From Catajapyx aquilonaris (Eukaryota), in the NCBI GenBank assembly GCA_000934665.2, contig JYFJ02003659.1, forward strand, positions 1 to 39,117: a stretch of DNA of 39,117 nucleotides. The letters are read 5' to 3'. The notes beneath the pieces were generated by a model, which worked only from the letters and a program-made list of their open reading frames with translations, did no database searches and was not told the origin of the DNA. This document shows positions 33,955 through 39,117 of this stretch, piece by piece; the first letter of the stretch is position 1; every line of letters starts with the position of its first letter. The translations under genes and the position numbers were made by a program.

Positions 33955-36900
33955 TCCCTTCGGGTCACATACTTTATTATTTTCGTCTCCCTAAACTGTG
34001 TCAATTTACCCTCAACTCCCACTAGTCTGTACTTCATAGGGATGCCCTATAGCGTAGGCTATACTGTAAGGCGAACTACTGTAGTTCTCACTATTCTCCC
34101 ATATATTTGGTTATAACTGGAGTTTCTCAAACAGAATCGGACTGTAAGCACCTTTATACGTTTGACTGTTGAATACTGGACAAAATGAAACTGAACGGAA
34201 AAATCGCTGACACGTACAGCTTTTCCACTGAGTTGCTCTGGTGCAATATTGCAGATATAATCTACGAGATTAATTCCGCATGGCTCGATGGGGTTCCTGA
34301 AATGGTGGACCAACTGTTACAAATGATGTGTCGAGCAACAATATTCCGCATGCATTATTATTCATAATCGTTCAATAATTGTGTGAGCGTAGCAATATTG
34401 ACGGGCTTACAGTGTATACCAAGCCATAATAATTTTTACTGCAGAAGTTAAGCGGATGTCCAGCAAGGTATTATCGACTGCCTATATACAATATATGGAG
34501 AATCCAAAAAGTTGCCTTTAGTACAAACTGTAGGCCTAATGTCGATTGCCAAAATCAATTCGACTGTGAAAAGCTCATGACTCGTATCATTCATAATTTT
34601 GCAAAGCAAGATAATACAGTATTTTACAGTACTTCCAATAGCAGGGTGTGGCGCAACACTGAACCTAGGTGTTTAGTAAGGTCGTCACCAATCCAACATC
34701 TGCAATTGACGGGGAGTTTATCCACCGTTTCACTCCTGTTATTATTAATCGAATATTCAGGGCTACTATGAGTACGCCATATTCAGGTCAAACACTCTCA
34801 AATCATTTGGGCATAAACATGGCTAAATGAAATGTTACATGCATGTGCATAAGTTTTGGTGTATGAAAACAACTTCTGCCCACCTGCGTGTTATTTTTGT
34901 TAGAGAGCATTCTATATAAAAAGCTAGAAGCTAAAATTATGGGGCCTTTGTATTTGCAGGGAACATTTTCTTTTTTTTACATGGGGGTTGCATCATGCAT
35001 AATTACGTGGAACAGAGTTAGATTCCCAGATACCATGCATTTTACATAACGCTGTGACGTGTAACATAATCGAATTAGGCTGAANCCCCCCCCCCCCCCC
35101 AAAAAAAAAGGTATCGGCCATCCTCCTAGTCGCTCCTAGTTTAATATGTATACTCTAATGTAATAAGATACAAAGGGTAATTCTATGTAATGCAATGCCG
35201 ACTGGTGCGTTGCCAACAGTAATAAACTTCACTGCATGCCTGGCATTATGATAGTGTCAAGTGTTGACAAGACGCTTCTCTTATACTGTACGTTAACGCT
35301 GGAGATCCTTTGGCTTAATGAACGACGGAGTAGCCTACAGTGGAGGTAGACATTATTGTGTTTCACATGCCTCCAGCTTGAGAATTCTAAGGGGTCGTCC
35401 GTAGTCTACATAAGCTCGTACTGTACGATGGGATAAGGAGGCTAAAATCAGAGTCGCAATATTTGCCAAGTATTCAGTACTATTTCCGTCAAAAATTGAC
35501 GAATCTATTTCAACAACATGAACACACTGAAACATTCAAATCACCCTTCACAACTCCAAAGATCAAACCTGCCAACAGTAAAATAAAGACGATGATGAAC
35601 GGTGAAGCGTCCCCTATTTTGAAAGTAAGAACATCATTTACCGACGTGATGCATCGAAACGCCACATCCCTTATAAATGATTCAACGAAAGCTTTCCGTG
35701 TGGATCGACATCGAAGAAAAACAAGCCCAACAATACTCCCAAGGTGGCTTCCCCCCCCCCCCCCCCCNCCCCAACCCTTTCCTTCGTAGTCTGAGCCACG
35801 TTACTGCGTACATAACTACTTTTGAAACCACCTGACGGCTTTGGCTGAGCACTTACAGGGCGAACACCAATATTCCTAAGAGCCAAGCCTTGTTCAAGCT
35901 CGGAGGGGTTCAGAAATAACGAGAAAAACGGACCCCCTCTCTCTTTCCCTCTCGGACACATTTCGAGCACTCTTCTCGACTCAAAGCAACAGCAACCGTA
36001 TAGTTTGCACCAAGTTTCAACCGAGTTTTAGACGTGACTGCCCCGAGTCACGCCTGCAGCCTGTAATCAGAAAGAATTTGTACTGTACACTTGGCAGCGT
36101 TGGGGGAAGGGGGGGGGGGTTACCAGGGGGGAGAACAAAAGGGCAGCTAGCACCCTCTATTGTGGAAAAAACCCCCACTGTGTCCTAAATACCCTGTACG
36201 AATTCTGCAGAGTATGTAGGCCCAAGTGTGATCAATGTAGGCGTGACATTACTTTTGAAAAATGTCGAATAACAACGGGATTCTAACACCATTCATCGGG
36301 AAGTTATGGGAGGGTTTGATAAGCCGGAAGGAAGGTAGCTATGCATATTAATTTTTTTTTTCATTTGTCATTTTATTTTACCCCATTGAGAGATCAGCTA
36401 TGCATATTAATTAGAGGGCCACAACTGGGGTGTATTTGTTGCCTGTCCCATTTCAATAAGTTGTTAGTAATTAAAATTATCCTGATCTTCTCCTTCTTCG
36501 TCGCTGATGGAAAGAAGGATGAGGGAGTGGGAGTGCATTAGTGGAATGATGTTAGGCCTATATTGGGTTACCAATTTCAGGAGCTTCAGTTATTATCGGC
36601 GAGGTAAATATACCTTTCTAAAGAATCTCTCTTTCGGAGCAAACAACACGTAGGTTGAATCAGCCTACGCAACTAAAAGAGCGGATACTGTAATCACATA
36701 TTCAAATTCCCTTGAGAAAAGTACACAGTACAGGTAGAAAACCGGCTTACGCATCATCAAATATTTTTTCTGAAAACTTTAAAAATATGCCTGGAACTTA
36801 TTCAAAACGTGGAATGGCGGCATATACGTAGCACACAAGCTAATGAATTGAATGGAAGTGGGCATACACCCTCGGGGCAAAAGTTCGACAGAGGTAATAA

Positions 36901-37437
36901 TCCCGAAAATTGCATTCGAATGCACCGATTCCATGCACATATAACGTCCAGAGGAAGTGCGCCAGGAACTATCGGTGTTCATTTCCGAAGCAAGCGGAAA
37001 GAGGCCAACGCCTGGAGCTGGTGGTGATAACGCGCCTTTTCATAGCGTGAAACTTTTTCAATGCACTGTCAAATGCTTGCCTATTTTTCTGGGTGACAAA
37101 TCAAAGTATTGCAGAAATTTGCAAGTCAATCCGTGCCTGAATGTGCATGTGTCTGATAGGAAATTCATTATTACTAAGTAATAATGAATATACACTGCTA
37201 AGTCTTGGCAGTGTATATTTAAAACAATGTGTGCAGTTTCCTTAAAAGTCCATAACCTTTCCTCAGACACCTTATTAATTTATAGTACTGTAATATATCC
37301 ACGATGCTGTAGCATGAGAGAGGTCATTTTGGCAACTAAAAATATTATAGACTATTCACTTTCAAGCAGAAAGGATGACGTGCTTTAAGCCTGTATGTCT
37401 GACATCTGGCACTTAGTCTGGGGCTGGTTCAAAGGGT

Positions 37438-37557
37438 ATTATTGTTCTTTTGCAAAAAAAAAATCCTTATGTTAATTTATAACAGTAAAGATATACATAT
37501 CTTTACTGTTAAGTTATAAATTAACGCAAGGATGTTTTTTTTCAAAAGAACAATAAT
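37438..37557. repeat. AT-rich ~120-bp fold-back
   Basis: ATTATTGTTCTTTTG...AACAGTAAAGATAT-AC-ATATCTTTACTGTT...CAAAAGAACAATAAT. Confidence 0.88.
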
Positions 37558-37891
37558 CCATGGCAGGATTGGTAAATATTGAAGATAAATATATTTTACA
37601 GTCATTTTCGTGGACACAGCAGCATTTTCCTAGTAGTACAATGAAATGACTTGACAGAATAAAGGCCGAAATTCATCAAGGTATAGAAAAATGTAGCTGT
37701 GCAGTCCAAACAACATTATTAATCCCCTTTCGCACTCAAAGCCTGCTGGGAAAACTATCCCAGCAATAACTGGAAAATTTATGATAGAAATTCCTTATGA
37801 ACTGGTGTAGGGTAAACCATACAGTGATGGCCCTCTGCGCCTTGGTTATTTATGAAATAAGCCGTGTAAATTCCATAACATGAAGAAATGA

Positions 37892-38235
37892 CCGAAGCAG
37901 TTTGGTGGAGTGAATATGGTGTCCGACTGCTAATCGGGAGGTCCTAGGTTCGAGTCCCGGGGCCGGCAATCCTAACAGTGGTTTTTTGTGGTTTCCCACG
38001 GTCCTCCCAGGAGAATTCCGGTATTGCTTCCTAAATAATAGGCCACAGCCGCTTCCTTCCTTTCCTATCCTTGTCCCGTCCATGAGGAGGTGCAGTGTTG
38101 GTGGGGGATTTCTGACCCCTTGCATCGGAGGAAAGAAAATAGTACGAGAAAAATGATGGTGGTGTACCACCCCCCAACAGGGCCTATATGTAGGCCTATC
38201 ACGGGGTAAAACAAATATAAGAAAATAAAATAAAA
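37892..38235 (+). mobile_element. tRNA-derived SINE (Ser(GCT)-like anticodon arm) with A-rich tail
   Basis: A box TGGTGGAGTG, anticodon arm TCCGA-CTGCTAA-TCGGG, B box GGTTCGAGTCC; body ...TAGGCCACAGCCGCTTCCTTCC resembles a common arthropod SINE motif; perfect 17-bp TSD ATAACATGAAGAAATGA at 37875-37891 and 38236-38252. Confidence 0.92.
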
Positions 38236-39117
38236 ATAACATGAAGAAATGATCATGGTGTGACACCTGTGGTCCTTGTCATGAACTAGGGAGAAAATCA
38301 GTCCACAGCGGGCATTGCAAGAGCAGTATTATAATGGCATGTGACAGACAGAGACCTGCTGGTCATGTTGGAATGCAGCTCAGAAACACACTTACAATGC
38401 AAGAAAATCCTTAAGAAAAAAGTTAACAGTCATAAATATCCTGAAAACAATGTGAAGTATATGAAATTATTGGTCTAGAAGTGCTTTATTGAAGTATGGG
38501 ATTGAAGTATGGGATTGAAACCAGTCCCTTTGTTTAGGAGTATGAATTCATTAGGATGGCCATGACTGTCCAGCATCTAATGACGTTTTATAGTGATGGC
38601 CATGCCATAGCCATTACTGTGTTAGGCTTTAAAAAATTGAATGCCACATATGTAGGCCTAAGTATCATGATCACGAGAGGGGTTGAGAAATGACAGCAAT
38701 GATTTAGGAGGAAATAAGCAGCAATAGCAAATCCATATGCCTATCTTATTGTGTGTAACAGCCAAAGCCTATTATTGTAACAATTAGACGAATACTTGCA
38801 AAATAAAATAATCAGCCTCATATTTCCTTACAGCCTGTATAGTGTATAGGCTTTTGTGTGGCTTTATCTAATATCAGTTAGGCCTAGCTTCCTAATACCG
38901 ATGGAGTCCCTACTTTGGTTCCTATACTGTATCATCAGTGAATCAAGTATTGTCCCGCCATGCGGGTTACAGTCTGGCCAGGATAACTTTGACCTCGCTC
39001 GTTAACCATCGACTACGCTTTCCTAGCTGCGTTTAATCGGCTACTCTTCTCTGGCGGAGTCACGTGGTGGTTGAAGGGGGAGGGGGGATAGAGGGGGCAT
39101 GGGAGGGGGGGGGGGGG

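Noticed and set aside
23105..34116. Poly-Ile/poly-Asn ORFs
   Set aside because: Artefacts of (AAT)n microsatellites.
4231..37970. Functional tRNA genes at the SINE heads
   Set aside because: Incomplete cloverleaves followed by SINE bodies, tails and TSDs.
1038..38940. Hammerhead ribozyme cores at CTGATGA sites (e.g. about 1038, 6647, 15792, 24847)
   Set aside because: None that I checked has a stem II followed by GAAA with closing stems.
35086..39117. Poly-C/G runs as regulatory G-quadruplexes
   Set aside because: Some are adjacent to N calls or the window edge, so homopolymer lengths are unreliable.

Overview
AT-rich, repeat-dense animal (probably arthropod-type) nuclear DNA, not prokaryotic. 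The only confidently recognisable host gene piece is a first coding exon of a TMEM200/DUF2371-like membrane protein (+, about 29.6-30.0 kb, canonical GTAAGT donor); its next exon was not found in the window. Most of the rest is intergenic or intronic. It contains five tRNA-derived SINEs from about four families (two are V-domain SINEs), one truncated retroposon end, many Tc1/mariner-, hAT-, Tigger- and possibly Sola-type MITEs and fold-backs, an internally deleted mariner-like transposon, and (AAT)n/(AAC)n microsatellites. Most notable observations: (1) an intronless 387-aa orphan ORF inside otherwise decayed coding-like sequence, possibly an endogenised viral gene or retrogene; (2) six retroposon 3' ends with different heads share one nested hairpin with compensatory base changes; (3) a decayed dUTPase-like gene; (4) an interleaved Y-X-Y'-X' inverted-repeat complex; (5) a phase-compatible chain of minus-strand exon candidates. 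No database searches could be run, so family assignments are from motif recognition only.
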